Positions 54,501 to 58,109 of a stretch of DNA of 64,000 bases are shown piece after piece. The stretch covers positions 1,963-65,962 of the forward strand of contig CAKPRA010000007.1 in assembly GCA_934180065.1 (NCBI GenBank). Direction: 5' to 3'. How positions within the stretch are numbered: the first letter of the stretch is position 1; every line of letters begins with the position of its first letter. Made by a program: the position numbers and the translations under genes. The notes under the pieces are model-generated. The model did no database searches. It saw only the letters and a list, made by a program, of their open reading frames with translations, and was not told the DNA's origin. This DNA is from an uncultured Clostridia bacterium (GTDB taxonomy: Bacteria; Bacillota; Clostridia; TANB77; CAG-508).

Positions 54501-55551
54501 TAATGAAGGAAGCAAAGATGGTTATGCTACACAAATTAAAGATGATATACCACAAGGTTTAGAATTCTTACCTAATAATGAAATAAATAAACAATATGGT
54601 TGGGCTCTTGTTGATGAAAATGACAAGGTTGTAACAAATATTGAAAATGCTAAATATATAGTTACAAATTATCTATCAAAAGATAATGAAACAGAAGAAA
54701 GAAATAATTTATTAAAAGCATTTGATGGTACAACAATGGAAACACCTGATTATAGAGATGTTAAAATAGCATTTAAAGTAATCGAACCAACAACATCAGA
54801 TAGAATTATAATAAACTATGCTCAAATAAGTGAACAAACTGATAAGAAGGGTGTTCATAGAGAGGATAGAGATTCTACTCCAAATAAATGGCTTGGAGAA
54901 GATGATGAGGATATCGAAAAAATTAGAGTTCAATATTTTGACTTAGCCCTAAGAAAATGGGTAACAAAAGCTATCGTTGTTCAAAATGGAAAAGAAAATG
55001 TAACAGAAACAGGACACCATGCTGAAGATGATCCTGAAGCTATAGTAAAAGTTGATCTAAAGAAGAGCAAGATAAATTCTGTTGTAGTTAAATTTGAATA
55101 TAAGATTCGTATCACTAATGAAGGCGAGATTGAGGGATATGCTAAAGAAATAAAAGATCACATTCCTGAAGGATTGAGATTTGAAGCATCTGATAATCCT
55201 ACATGGACACAAATAAGTGACAATATCATTGTAACTGATGAACTTAAAGATACTTTACTAAAACCTGGAGAAAGTGCAGAAGTAACTGTTGTATTGACAT
55301 GGATTAATTCTGGAACTAACTTAGGTGTAAAAGTAAATATTGCTGAAATTAGTGAAGATTACAATGAATATGGTACTGATGATATTGATTCAACACCAGA
55401 TAACTTTGTTGATGGTGAAGATGATATAGATGATGCTCCAGTAATGTTAACTGTAAAAACTGGACAAGAAAATCTAGCTTATACGATGTTAGCATTAGCT
55501 GTAATAACTGTCTTAGGATTAGGAATTCGCGGTATCAAAAAAATGAAATAA
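36565..55551 (+). CDS. Giant (6,328 aa) cell-surface adhesin: N-terminal signal/anchor, thioester domain, dozens of Cna-B-like stalk units, pilin-like central module, four C-terminal DUF11 + acidic modules, VKTG sorting-like signal
   Basis: Single uninterrupted 18,987-nt ORF. RBS GGAGGA. TED motifs NGYCMHQG (Cys92, nt 36838-36840) and SAQQYAVWHFTN (Gln170, nt 37072-37074). Repeated units (Y/F).F.(L/I).K.D....L.GA.F.V....G..Y.Y.I.E..AP.GY. C-terminus DDAPVMLTVKTG-QENLAYTMLALAVITVLGLGI-RGIKKMK. Confidence 0.9.
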   Translation: MKKRKNILLFIISIIILVGIILFGFLNNNLEIINLKKEKENLALSKISGRYVRMVEEMGDGESVDGEIRIYSEGTPPDVIADRTYDFTNGYCMHQGDTFKGYVPKGDNVKYESQYSGYEKYGGSIRWLFDNVVLFPSPADIDEYKSRLAYILNYDTIKKMENNEIFSAQQYAVWHFTNEAKTDELIPEGNIGELANKLIEKAEKNSNYSGNGASTTITDKSDKKLEKIGNDFWIGPYNVNNNGKIYKLTIDNTTINGKIVKIELYTGKNSGSKIDNDSYRTQSGDIYIKIPGSLNNNFSGILSQKNNFSASIDLDDYATSTRYWECESKGYQPAVTIQREHKPINISATGTYNAPDGEYHMNIVKKAIWDTNTDSESDTADKYKNAIGDAKFEITQSGKNFAQTNNGKTKDKDELVSISGNIGRIVFNNNGSYGDGRISITEDNWSNEDYYSIKEIAAPEGYSKNNRELYFGVTKIYDSESKKYVINQIICYKDSNYKDVITSVSPEKDVSKWIKIGFNGELLSESENNYAIALEFRKNAITITYKDYPESSYNLNIAKKSTDSTIDSANEYKDCLEGAIFEIKQNRNDGSGIHNGFSINPTAENKNNESAFDHDSDGNRIVKTWKGTLAKLAFDGHGSDSDGNVKVDGDNYNKEDIYTVKEIKSPNGYTNEGRELKFGILKKLSDDKKSYVIDKVKFYGLNVSSNTVIKEVTSNGNRQWLKIDKNGNVVDENSDNYVISLDFNQTAINVIYKDPEIKGNYDFKLAKLDSADISKITSLDEYEKLKYVSGVEYGVSQLRASVVSPVIGDNRKITTQESPVSIQKDGTIIGKDVINNIIHNGSSDYDNYLIYETNSKDAGYVKKDVSFNIGVCVTIENNNTENAKYVVNKIKCYKNKSNTGDPDCEINQGEKYVVLNTGKFVKLEDILKLDKKQREDKLFTATAIIGLDNSSTISYVGINQQITGNYKLRLKKIYKTDDGSEIGVKGISFKVNKKINGENGTGTNFNLGPTGNNGYTNIYTSNITKDDVNKTDVYEISEIEDSNENLIQLKNPIKIFVTKKCQKSQGNNDLEEYVIDKASFEYGDEVTEGETSETVATLEDGTEVSVKMTVSSSGVLITVPNKLNGHYNLNIGKKSTENNEYKNNNDSDYIAGAKFNVEQYLNVSQNISDINNINPNKSDSIVSQSGKSVPVTFNKNANIDIDNTALVDRYKITEMEAPKGFSLNKSFKDTGTKDGIYLTVTKTMQDGVYKIKNLSLTRIQNGNSYVIKDGITDDIITVDDYNCKIVWNKDTNTIDFIIGDPVANGEYDFKITKTDVTGEIIDSEITTFDVDVYSQKNESNGKVSFSNPVSLKHTDGTNVELKNIKATTGVTTNLNNIKIDTNDIGKTYYFVITETQAPDAYSMIDYKVVVPVKYVEQDGKYYISKDESFAVTADNTKQSLEKMSSNVNEVVKVEPDEELGNTINVKVPNKIKKGTYTFKFSKVNPDRKIIGSTKTRFNLNVYAKMTENSNKVSFSDLRKLYDVNNKEIITTDLKCTMGVCGTVSNIKIEEESIGKTYYFVLEENEAPEGFNKIEYKVVVPITYKQNEDGYFIEHGELFAVTADGTKKAIKDIDEIERAEDYSNANKPSIVFVKVPNTPKEGSYSLNIVKTNLNGNTNSKLNATFDVNVYKTKNINGNKVEFSNEYKPLKDTADNNIKTTDLVTENENTINISGIKIQKADAGKEYYFIINEKVAPTGYNGIDYKIVVPISFIEKTVDGKTVYTAKVGEAFGLKNSSGDTTVSGDMINLDDRVSIPKTTDGIISVTVKNNQKNGGFKLNLVKYIKGSTATLPGAKFKVTIKDNGTGKNIYSKSDLTTDGEGKIPEITGLDIRKENVSYTVTVEETYTPDGYLGLSGPIKFTVKSRFNTNKDGYELVAANPTVANAKKVEVKSGEIYIEAENIPEPSIHKGVKTVENQDSGYYDNVEHDWVINTTVPTGINQFTKYYVTDKIDERLVFSRNSVTVKVIGGNKLTAGKDYKANYDSNTRVLTVSFINDDFVAGKSLPENSTIEIRFKTTFAKDENGNIKALGQAVPNQAELTYSNDSEEHKKYSETPEVHTGGIKLYKFEDENGNGQFDNGELSLAGARFKIALTEQDALNKNFIKIKDKNGNNTANDIVGESNSEGIVEFKGLEFGGDASSNVQNRTTDKTTHALVYNYDETKVSSDFWIVETSAPEGYIIDETPIRVTITKDSYNTEIAYMPKKANISIKGEYSVKLRKVNNQNNNIQNAEFKILSSISKATRSSVKTDANGIIDVSNGKVNIIANDKSEDENSSTVGKADSYEIKELSASSYLILKNSIKIIVNKELNEAGDKYRVSSVELSETGRKNSTTLIVSDTSKTATLKGVLLADNKKTVDVKLSIDGSDNILVNVPNDDLEGEYKISLLKKNSNTGEILKGIPFNINGTARATDENGTLSITQDREVDGSVKITRSNVGTPDQYVIKEETNEKTKYVSIIESPITVKVNKGENKNKNQYIVKSLEITATSTSGEKTTTITINESTNTGSGTFLAKCTDGTDVKCTVRAGSSGITIELDNPSKAGSYNFDINKVVLNDNDEEQGLEGVSFNVNLNGYEYPLSTNANGYTENITKDITSDNVDNNDEFVISELSTTQTNIVQLKNNLKLIVTKGVNSSNNGYEVKTMELAEVDANNPQNVIRTTGVINIDDCLNDTEKRGTLYLENVLLKDGRSVNIRLTAKGKTGFQIGIKNRTMTGNYVVKIRKVNSATGESIEGITFFTLQDKYEDSYEATTGSDGIAELINKKITNNEEEYYTILEKELPDNLKDKLLQITDYGLYLNIKTKKNDDNSGYLVDSVEMSSIKMQDCGDEELSNRQKEIMDKATYDVNDNVITITIYNEPLIDYNFRIYKVNNKNEELTEAKFTIKEDGVTILENQKLSEINGLISRAKQKINTVHTYDFYETEAPLGYDNIFEKTYLRITIKIDDKGKVTADYKVAPNREVGGTISDMLHTNAIIKEYKEASDNNEILHDNLDNSFTLHIPNPVATASIKFELNKHTLGTTDSIDGVGFDIRRLYIENEQSYNYTDITNMFDNDQNGIVGLKSITTSSQISNINIDNIKDINVGDTYYYELTENSGKFLAKYKKVIVRIHVNKDKTIVSNIIAVYGIKDGDNTNSWFTEINSDYASISQNNTNTILSLANTAGYAVIVNKKQFVSVVPKDSNGNILWTGMQGLSGAIFTIKEVENDGTEKIVNNSSNEPINNKVCTGSFAWSRTDATTSKRYHYTIRENSSPDGYINIFDGVTIHVYITIKSDGTVDDSDTATYYELEFDSGISEEDKASKTEYLKDKIGINLQNNTINLNILNKKDTINLAVKKISDKKDSSGKSIPLNNIKFSIRDTFAQDVRDIITNVDGYAEDTKQISIPQDSIFSYYIEETEVPSGITMLKNTRIIVSVDATNLTSASQLTSDRLTVSLSKTGEGGLSDVSELPGLKVGIEGNTVVLTVPNETETYLFNMYKVDENNNIIKSETGKVGAKFKVDRLISVDDNGSESYFTLLNNVLKNGSLSESNIIDADKVYKYRISEISSKTGYINVLQGYDLFVYVKADSQGKNIKDVPETYYILSKKDGENQLYSEDEIRSYIDLSVADNVVNLYIKNPYAYKFEINKKNLAGTTDVDKAVITGDRIANVSEDLTNANKTLLKQIVDASEKNDSTGDSEKYIAQTIKLDKKTSIISGNIEIKENVTQTWRITENSVELPYVNILKDKYLIVQTVYSKNNGLKLVSHQETINNENKSVNYYVSDKDGNNVTAELYEYLNVETVQVNGIWTLSVTVKDPVMYEVDLTKVEYNPNGKNESDYKQMKGAELSLTNSNNGESAEITKNGEAKTRALSVETSLGDLSKRTFEIRELSTIVNHKNILENVVVYVTTSLTEDGTLNYSVILKDNTGKTITGTEETNILEYIKFFEGTNADGYKVLHVYVENPVEYDFKLEKLDTSKKPLSGTQIEVNSSKSGKYYTNGKSEMSFKEQNLKPGDIITYTIREVHTVANSAYVNRFYNTITYKVEVKADGTLEQKEAYITTSDGNKNLSEVRFLDYGISGTSGNQTIYFKLENPTKINVELLKTQAGKDESAILNTNFTINSSLSGDHTENTDSNGLINFTESSIKPGDYTYKVYENKVANPNYVNVLDGMYMEVNVSVSAAGLITINSTKYYYKENNVEITNESLLTKLRKYATATVDDSASVKKLKFVVKDPVTFEFKVFKHTTGNEKLENVKFKITSPLSGEQTATTDSNGYITVDSDKWVEPGVYKYEITELETIGKQYDNILDGYKVVVYLKISNTGLISLVKDANGTAFTKNDKYKYSIEKIDGSDVSSEASDIIHKYITVTPTEVKDAKDKVTVSVANTTGYNMDIIKKDSAGNKVSGSKFTVIRNKTVKLLDNEDVTSDKEITERDLSQGNYTFDITENSAPEGAYINILDGKFIRVYTYLSDKGVLDIRNSSGTVSNNYFEIYEGDITNTSKAKLLDKNDANYKYLYNLISVNAQDKDKDGIYTIDVSVINPVNINVEVLKKQYGTGGKGIAKTEFTISRDENNKHENVFTNNSGIYDFTEERIAPGDYTYTVKELSPASGKYVNILKDRYMEVYINVNAKGEITVKGYELFSKEGTKLSSEIKNEISKYIAISVNKSSETQKLVITIYNPTTMTFDLYKSDIDNKPLANAKFKISRTLVKVYANNKTTKDINELETTTDKLGKALLNNDKILDPGIYKYEITELNAPGNQYVNTLENIKVVIYVKLALNGNVSIVANNSGTEFKSDTVYKYYVLNSDNSVASKEVQDLVHKYFTVTTEQQNNSIGGIKCDVINPIRYKVDIIKNDERAKPLSGTKFSVVRDDGIKVLDNAEITTDVEIEENYIEQGDHVYYITENSTVPGYINKLKGMFIKAYINVSAQGVVTVNKYEIYKGTVEDISKSVLLDKNKNLELYNLIGVESVVNDNVYTLNVKVTNPDLTYNLLINKKIFGNEEINLANTKFTVIRINESNSEKKTYTNKVTDKNGNISILQERIPAGIYKYLITETRTSGNQFVNIFANSTYVVVRLKVNEDGTIKILDENGNVSEDAYDVYRQKANTSVLEKIDSKDTVINKSVVRVGITTNNNNVPELDIFVKNPEKYNFNLVKIDSSTKEKLNNVKFSLTVYEGENVIKLKNANTFKEINTNELVTKNVNGKDGYISIKDILIEKSGKYTFVLHEESTDGLFEKIYKTHGSDIKVTVEIAVQNGEYIIKKPVITQGSKYVDSLDVTSTKSQTATVEVINTPMTGSYELVIDKLDSYTEKNLKGAEFDISVEKDGKPYELYKANDDLTINEVILPKSVKVNGELTIPNIRIDRPETYTIILKETKAPTGYMLLDAPIKIKVTTGRSGSYDDEKFIVESIELIDDNNHGLVTADNGDESIHITAKNEYFDLALRKSITSVAYSDREEAKITEEETKDRVPIVESKNLIENDKVTTADYNHVKNHVRGYNSQEVIFTLRVYNEGEIDGYAEEITDHLPEGLEFVNDSFNAEYGWKLDSSDTSLRTIKTTYLSKDSNPNNDKYNSKNNLIKAMDKTTGKIDFKEIQVKCKISEDVKVGTILTNIAEISKSKANNRTAETVDIDSTTNNVKVPETSEGMEQYNEDKLTDDRNKYVPGQEDDDDFEKIIVDEFDLALRKYITEINDEKVIEDNGDSIDEDSPARYARAPIVNVDSLKDGTSTTAKYDHPKDPVEVSVGDIVTYTLRVYNEGTVSGYASLIKDDIPEGLEFVTYDKGDGSTNDIYRWKMVNENDEEVTDPSEAKYVVSDYLSKDNEKTEFGNLIKAFDHDTMSTLDSKYVKIAFRVVCKQDYPKIITNEAQISDDSDESGKSVIDRDSTPNEWLDEDDEDVEHIKVTYMDLALRKFITGVNSEEVTNRVPVVDATALKDETGTTADYKHTKEPVLVHTNDTVIYTLRVYNEGSKDGYATQIKDDIPQGLEFLPNNEINKQYGWALVDENDKVVTNIENAKYIVTNYLSKDNETEERNNLLKAFDGTTMETPDYRDVKIAFKVIEPTTSDRIIINYAQISEQTDKKGVHREDRDSTPNKWLGEDDEDIEKIRVQYFDLALRKWVTKAIVVQNGKENVTETGHHAEDDPEAIVKVDLKKSKINSVVVKFEYKIRITNEGEIEGYAKEIKDHIPEGLRFEASDNPTWTQISDNIIVTDELKDTLLKPGESAEVTVVLTWINSGTNLGVKVNIAEISEDYNEYGTDDIDSTPDNFVDGEDDIDDAPVMLTVKTGQENLAYTMLALAVITVLGLGIRGIKKMK
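36790..37110 (+). other. Core of putative thioester domain (Cys...Gln pair)
   Basis: (Y/W)C(M/L) and Q.(A/V)(V/I)W.(F/Y)TN motifs are conserved between this protein and the 964-aa paralog. They match the published TQxA(I/V)W signature of Gram-positive TED adhesins. Confidence 0.55.
40483..42000 (+). repeat. Three tandem ~168-aa units (starts 40483, 40990, 41491)
   Basis: YDFKITKTDVTGEII.../YTFKFSKVNPDRKII.../YSLNIVKTNLNGNTN..., each ending ...KVPN..K.G. They share GKTYYFV(I/L)(T/E)E..AP..(Y/F)..I(D/E)YK(V/I)VVP(V/I). Confidence 0.8.
48898..51570 (+). repeat. Higher-order tandem duplication: two ~1.34-kb super-units (48898-50238, 50239-51570), each made of three stalk units
   Basis: INVELLKTQAGKDES...PGDYTYKVYENK... 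is collinear with INVEVLKKQYGTGGK...PGDYTYTVKELS... over ~445 aa. DNA segments such as 49455-49560 vs 50833-50940 are visibly similar. Confidence 0.75.
52921..55440 (+). repeat. Four tandem DUF11-like modules, each followed by an acidic DRDSTPN.WL.EDDED segment
   Basis: Units begin (F/M)DLALRK(S/Y/F/W) at about 52924, 53644, 54318 and 54938. Each contains Y(T/K)(L/I)R(V/I)(Y/T)NEG..(D/S/E)GYA..I.D.(L/I)P(E/Q)GL(E/R)F. Confidence 0.8.
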
Positions 55552-55556
55552 ATTTT

Positions 55557-55606
55557 GGGAACGGGGTAAAAGTTTAAGTTCGCTTGGACTTTGGCTCCGT
55601 TCTTTA
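55557..55606 (+). terminator. Possible terminator (long branched hairpin, weak U-tract)
   Basis: GAACGGGG...CTCCGTTC closing stem followed by TTTAAAAT. Confidence 0.35.
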
Positions 55607-55620
55607 AAATGCCCTAAAAA

Positions 55621-55667
55621 GGCAAATGTTATTAATGCCTGTTTTTGTTATACTAAAAAGGATACGC
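55621..55667. repeat. Module B fragment, circularly permuted (3' part of B followed by the 5' start of B)
   Basis: GGCAAATGTTATTAATGCCTGTTTTTGTT, then AAAAAGGATACGC. Confidence 0.6.
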
Positions 55668-55775
55668 TATTCTAAGAATATACTTAAAAATAGTATGTTT
55701 TGGTATTTATTTACTTTGTTTTTTTGCTCTAAAAATGTTACTATTATTATAGAGATATAATTTTGGAGGTGCTTT

Positions 55776-56012
55776 ATGTTGAAAACTTTGTTTGAAATTA
55801 AAAATATTAAATTAGCTAAGGCAAGATTTTTTGGCAATGTGAGTTGCTTGATTATTGCTCTTTTGGCATGTATGATATTAACTTTTTATCATTCTACAAG
55901 TATAATTTTTCAATTTGATTTAGGTTTTACTATTCTTAGGCTTTCTATATTGTTCTTTGTGGGAGTTTCTATATGTGCATCTGCTTTTGATAGGATTTGC
56001 CGTGAAAGGTAG
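55776..56012 (+). CDS. Small hydrophobic protein (78 aa, about 2 TM helices), unknown function
   Basis: GGAGG RBS 7 nt upstream of the ATG. Hydrophobic segments VSCLIIALLACMILTFY and LSILFFVGVSICASAF. Confidence 0.5.
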   Translation: MLKTLFEIKNIKLAKARFFGNVSCLIIALLACMILTFYHSTSIIFQFDLGFTILRLSILFFVGVSICASAFDRICRER

Positions 56013-56418
56013 ATTTCTTTTTTTACATATAAATTCATGTGAAAATAATGCAAGATATAATTTTTTAGAGAATGCTCTGAAATAGGGTGTTCTCTATTCT
56101 TATTGCGAAAAAACTTGAAAAAATTATGAGTTGTAAGTGAAAATATCCAAAATTATGCAATAAAAAGCAAACAAATATTGACTTTTATCTAATACCATGA
56201 TTTAATACCAATTATAAAAATCTGATTTTAACAATTTTATAAATAATAAATTCAATAAAAATTTTAAATTCAAAAAATTTAGAATCAAAGTGTAAAAATT
56301 CTATACACAAAACTTTCAAAATACTATTATATTATGAGAATAATATGAATTTTCAAAAAATAAAACTTTTCAAAATATTTGAAACAAAACAACAAATATG
56401 TTAGAATTGAGGTGATAA

Positions 56419-57231
56419 ATGAATACAATATATAAGCCAACAAATGACTACATGTTTAAGCGTATTTTTGGTCATAGAAAAAATAGTGATTTACTAAAAG
56501 ATTTATTAGAAGGAATATTACCTGACATAAAAATAGAAAACTTAGAAGTAAAACAACAGGTATCACTTGAAAAACAGATAATGTCTGATAAGCTTGGAAT
56601 ACTTGATATAGTTGCTACTTTGAATGATAAAACCATAGTTAATATTGAAATGCAAGTTAAAGATTATAATAATACTGTGGATAGATCTTTATTTTATGAT
56701 GCAGGGCTTTTTCACGAAAGTTTAAAAGAAAAGGAAGATTATTCTGAGATACCAAGAATAATTGGAATTTGGATATTAAATTATAATATTTTTGATGTAG
56801 GACCATTCCATGAAAGAGCAAGATTAAAAAGAGATTATGAAGATATTCTTTTAACGAACAAGGTAGAACTTCACTATATTCAATTACCAAAATTCAAAGA
56901 AAAATGTAGAAGAATATCAAGCAAGCTAGAAGAATGGCTAACATTTATTGTAAATGATAGTTTGGAGGAAATCAGTATGATTAATAATGAGTATGTAAAA
57001 AAAGCTGAAGAAGAATTGGAATATTTAAATAGTGATGAGGAAGAAAAAGAGCTTGCTAGATTAAGAGCAAAAGCAATTCGTGATGAAGCAGCAGCTATGG
57101 CGGGGGCTATAAGAAGAGGAAGAGAAGAAGGAAAAGCAGAAATTGCGAAAAAGATGCTAGAAGAAAATATTGAAATTGAAACTATAATTAAATTAACAGG
57201 ATTGACAAGGGAAGATATTGAAAAGTTATAA
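56419..57231 (+). CDS. Rpn-family recombination-promoting nuclease / PD-(D/E)XK putative transposase (YhgA-like)
   Basis: N-terminal PTNDYMFKRIFG..., LGILDIVA...VNIEMQV (D...E.Q nuclease core), C-terminal charged helical tail ...IIKLTGLTREDIEKL. RBS GAGGTG. Confidence 0.8.
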   Translation: MNTIYKPTNDYMFKRIFGHRKNSDLLKDLLEGILPDIKIENLEVKQQVSLEKQIMSDKLGILDIVATLNDKTIVNIEMQVKDYNNTVDRSLFYDAGLFHESLKEKEDYSEIPRIIGIWILNYNIFDVGPFHERARLKRDYEDILLTNKVELHYIQLPKFKEKCRRISSKLEEWLTFIVNDSLEEISMINNEYVKKAEEELEYLNSDEEEKELARLRAKAIRDEAAAMAGAIRRGREEGKAEIAKKMLEENIEIETIIKLTGLTREDIEKL

Positions 57232-57271
57232 ATAATAATGTAATATGAAATCAGATTTTTATAATAAAACG

Positions 57272-57312
57272 GGAATTCTATTTTATGGCATGTGAAATAG
57301 AATTCTTTTTTT
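57272..57312 (+). terminator. Rho-independent terminator
   Basis: GAATTCTATTT / AAATAGAATTC followed by TTTTTTT. Confidence 0.8.
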
Positions 57313-57360
57313 ACATATCCTACTCTACTAAATAGAGGGAAATATATTGTTAAATTTCTA

Positions 57361-57389
57361 TTGAAAAAGAATGGCATTAATGATATAAT
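57361..57389 (+). promoter_or_regulatory. Sigma-A promoter TTGAAA-17-(TGa)TATAAT for rplI
   Basis: TTGAAA 57361-57366, extended -10 TGATATAAT 57381-57389. Confidence 0.75.
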
Positions 57390-57415
57390 TTGTCGGAAAA
57401 GTTGAGGTGTTGAAG

Positions 57416-57862
57416 ATGAAAGTTATTTTGTTAGATAACATAAAAGGTGTTGGAAAAAAAGATGAAGTTATTAATGCTAGTGATGGATATGCAAGAAATT
57501 TTTTATTTCCAAAAAAATTGGCTGTTGAGGCTAATAATGAAAATATGAATAAATTAAAAGCAAAAAAGCAATCAGAGCAATATAAAAAAGATGTTGATAA
57601 GGAAAATGCAAAAAATATTGCTAAAAAACTTGATGATATAATTTTAATGATTAAAGTTAAAGCAGGAGAAAATGGAAAAATCTTTGGTGGTGTTACTTCA
57701 AAAGAAATTTCTGAAGAGCTTAATAAACAATATAAAATAAATATTGATAAGAAAAAAATTGTATTATCTGAAAATATCAAGAATTTGGGAAGCTTTGATA
57801 TAACTATCAAGTTATATGAAGGTATTACAGGTAAGTTAAAAGTTAAAGTAATGTCTGAATAA
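57416..57862 (+). CDS. rplI: 50S ribosomal protein L9
   Basis: MKVILLDNIKGVGKKDEVINASDGYARNFLFPKKLA. RBS GAGGTG upstream of ATG 57416 (the ORF track begins at an in-frame GTG at 57407). Confidence 0.95.
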   Translation: MKVILLDNIKGVGKKDEVINASDGYARNFLFPKKLAVEANNENMNKLKAKKQSEQYKKDVDKENAKNIAKKLDDIILMIKVKAGENGKIFGGVTSKEISEELNKQYKINIDKKKIVLSENIKNLGSFDITIKLYEGITGKLKVKVMSE

Positions 57863-57977
57863 AAAGGATACGCCAAAACATTGCACACAAAGTTGCTGCA
57901 TAATTTTGATACACGAACAAATATGCAGTTTTTAGTTTTTTAGACAGTGCAAATATTATTAGTGTCCGCTTTTGTTT
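57862..57977. repeat. Module B copy 2
   Basis: AAAAGGATACGCCAAAACATTGCACACAAAGTTGCTGC...GTGCAAATATTATTAGTGTCCGCTTTTGTT. Confidence 0.8.
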
Positions 57978-57995
57978 TGATATAATTAAAATTTT

Positions 57996-58046
57996 AGTGG
58001 TATGAAAATACATATTTGTTGAAAATTTTATCATACCACTTTTTTA
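57996..58046 (+). terminator. Rho-independent terminator downstream of rplI
   Basis: AGTGGTATGA / TCATACCACT followed by TTTTT. Confidence 0.7.
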
Positions 58047-58109
58047 TATAATAGGAAAGTTCAAATGTTATTGATGTTTTTTTTTTAGATTTTGAAAGGA
58101 CTGTTTAAA

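Noticed and set aside
56880-57888. Minus-strand ORFs 56880-57377 and 57358-57888
   Set aside because: They are antisense to the Rpn-family gene and to rplI, both of which are recognisable. The translations are low-complexity.
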